From Setoptus koraiensis (lineage: Eukaryota > Animalia > Arthropoda), in the NCBI GenBank assembly GCA_048013815.1, contig CM106586.1:15500001-15564000 (forward strand): DNA of 64,000 bases. Direction: 5' to 3'. Shown here piece by piece: positions 62,511 through 64,000 of this stretch. Within the stretch, counting starts at the first letter, position 1. Each line of letters begins with the position of its first letter. Position numbers and translations under genes: made by a program. The notes under the pieces were generated by a model that was not told the origin of the DNA, searched no databases, and was given only the letters and a program-made list of their open reading frames with translations.

Positions 62511-62879
62511 GGCGAGAGAAAATCAACAACCTAAAATGATGTTATCATCATCGCTAGCGCCATTGTAGTTGTTGGTCTATGATGAAATAAATAACGACAA
62601 GCACCTAGGGTCATTATCGTAGGAGCCGGTTTTACACGGGGGAACTTGCGACAGCAACACGTACTGCACGTGTTGCTGGCCGGTCGTTGGTGTTGTCGTT
62701 GTTCGAGCAAACTTTTCAGTTTAATTCAACCGAGTGACACGAGCGACCGGCGGCAACTGATAGCTGCAACTGTGTTCTTTGGGAGCACGTCGAGCCATTC
62801 TCTCGGTGCATACTCTTGCTATGCAACTATGCCGGCCAGTCATACTTGCAGTTTACACTTATGCGGGCGACTCACAAAT

Positions 62880-62969
62880 ATAGCACAAGCCATAGATATA
62901 GCAAAAGCTATCGATTTAGCACGAGCCGTAGAATTAGCACGAGCAACAGATATAGCGCGAGCCACAGAT
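62880..62969 (+). repeat. Five 18-bp units inside a 58-aa small ORF (62829-63005)
   Basis: Translate as IAQAID IAKAID LARAVE LARATD IARATD. Confidence 0.85.
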
Positions 62970-64000
62970 CGGGGCCATAACGTTGCAATTGAATGGATTG
63001 AATGAAAAGAACGAAATGATACGACCAATGAAACGACGCCACGATATAGCGACGCACGAGACGCCGACGGCGCGGCGCGAAAAAGCGCGTAAATCACGCG
63101 TTGATTCGGCCGAATAACGCCTGAAAACAACGTCAAAGGATGTAAACAAAAGCACGAACGCAGCAAAGAACGAGCAAAGATTTAAAGATTCTTTTATAAG
63201 ACGACGAGACGCTGACTGGACAATGGTGCAATCTCAAGTGGAAACAGCAAATAAAACAGTTGTAACACAGCCAGACAAATGAGAAGTGGTGGGCGTACTA
63301 TTTGTTTGCTCTACTTCTTTATTTGTTGTCGTGCATGGGGCCGGCGCGGGCGACGTGTCGCGTACGTGGCACAGTCCGTGTTGGCCCGTGCGCACGTACG
63401 CAAACACGGGCCGGCGCATACCGACGCACATCCGTCCACCGCGCCCGACAATGAGTCGGGTAATGAGTGTTGGCGCGCATCTTGAGCTGATTGGCCGTTT
63501 GATTGGGTGCTCGTGGTCGACTTGTCCGCTGCCGGTTTGTCCGGCAAAGCGACCACTTTTGCCAACGGAGCCCCAACGGACCAACTGACCACTCAGCGAC
63601 TATATTTCGGCTCGTTGAGTGGCGAGCAAGTTGCGCGTTGCAAGTCGAGCGACGAAAATAGCGACGAAAACAATGAATTGGGGGGCCTCTGTCACTATTT
63701 TGGGACCAGAAGAGCAAAGCAAACAATGAGGCCGCGGCACAAACAAACCCACGCAAGATTTGTCGACAAGATTAGCTCACAATTGTCAGTGGGACAGCGG
63801 AGCGGAAGTTGACCGGTCATCGTCTAGTTTGCGCGCTAATGATGACGGGCATGCATTTTGCATTGGCGTCGGTTTCTTGCGGCAGCGATGCAAATGATGA
63901 TTGCAACTTGCAATTTATAAACGTCGCTTATGGACGCTTCATACGGTGCATTCTCTTGGTCGTATCATGCGACTCTGCGATGTATGAACTGGCCGCTGAT

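Noticed and set aside
52334-63812. Dozens of 60-280 aa ORFs in the GC-rich domain
   Set aside because: They overlap in many frames on both strands, are low-complexity and lack domain motifs; expected from high GC and repeats.

Overview
Compact, AT-rich, intron-poor eukaryotic DNA; an arthropod, most likely a miniaturised mite (inference from extreme intron loss, ~100-nt introns and a non-Arg loop-D residue in nAChR beta1). Bases 1-52 kb are gene-dense: a UMA-domain protein, mitochondrial AspRS, an FBXW7 with an unexpected N-terminal DWNN-like domain, PTPN9, TIPIN, cathepsin L, an acid phosphatase, a MARVEL protein, GPR107/108, GLOD4, vinculin, NitFhit, a PAG/Cbp-like adaptor, MTO1, nAChR beta1, PEX2, kindlin, ATG3, PEX19 and a Frazzled/neogenin-like receptor without Ig domains. 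Decaying duplicates lie among them: an inverted PTPN9 fragment, an HP1 pseudogene, an SLC25A20 pseudogene, and reciprocal GPR107/NitFhit tail copies that look like a staggered-break inversion scar. From ~52.1 kb to the end, the sequence is visibly more GC-rich, has no recognisable genes, and contains short tandem arrays and recurring motifs. All assignments come from motif recognition by eye; no database searches were run.
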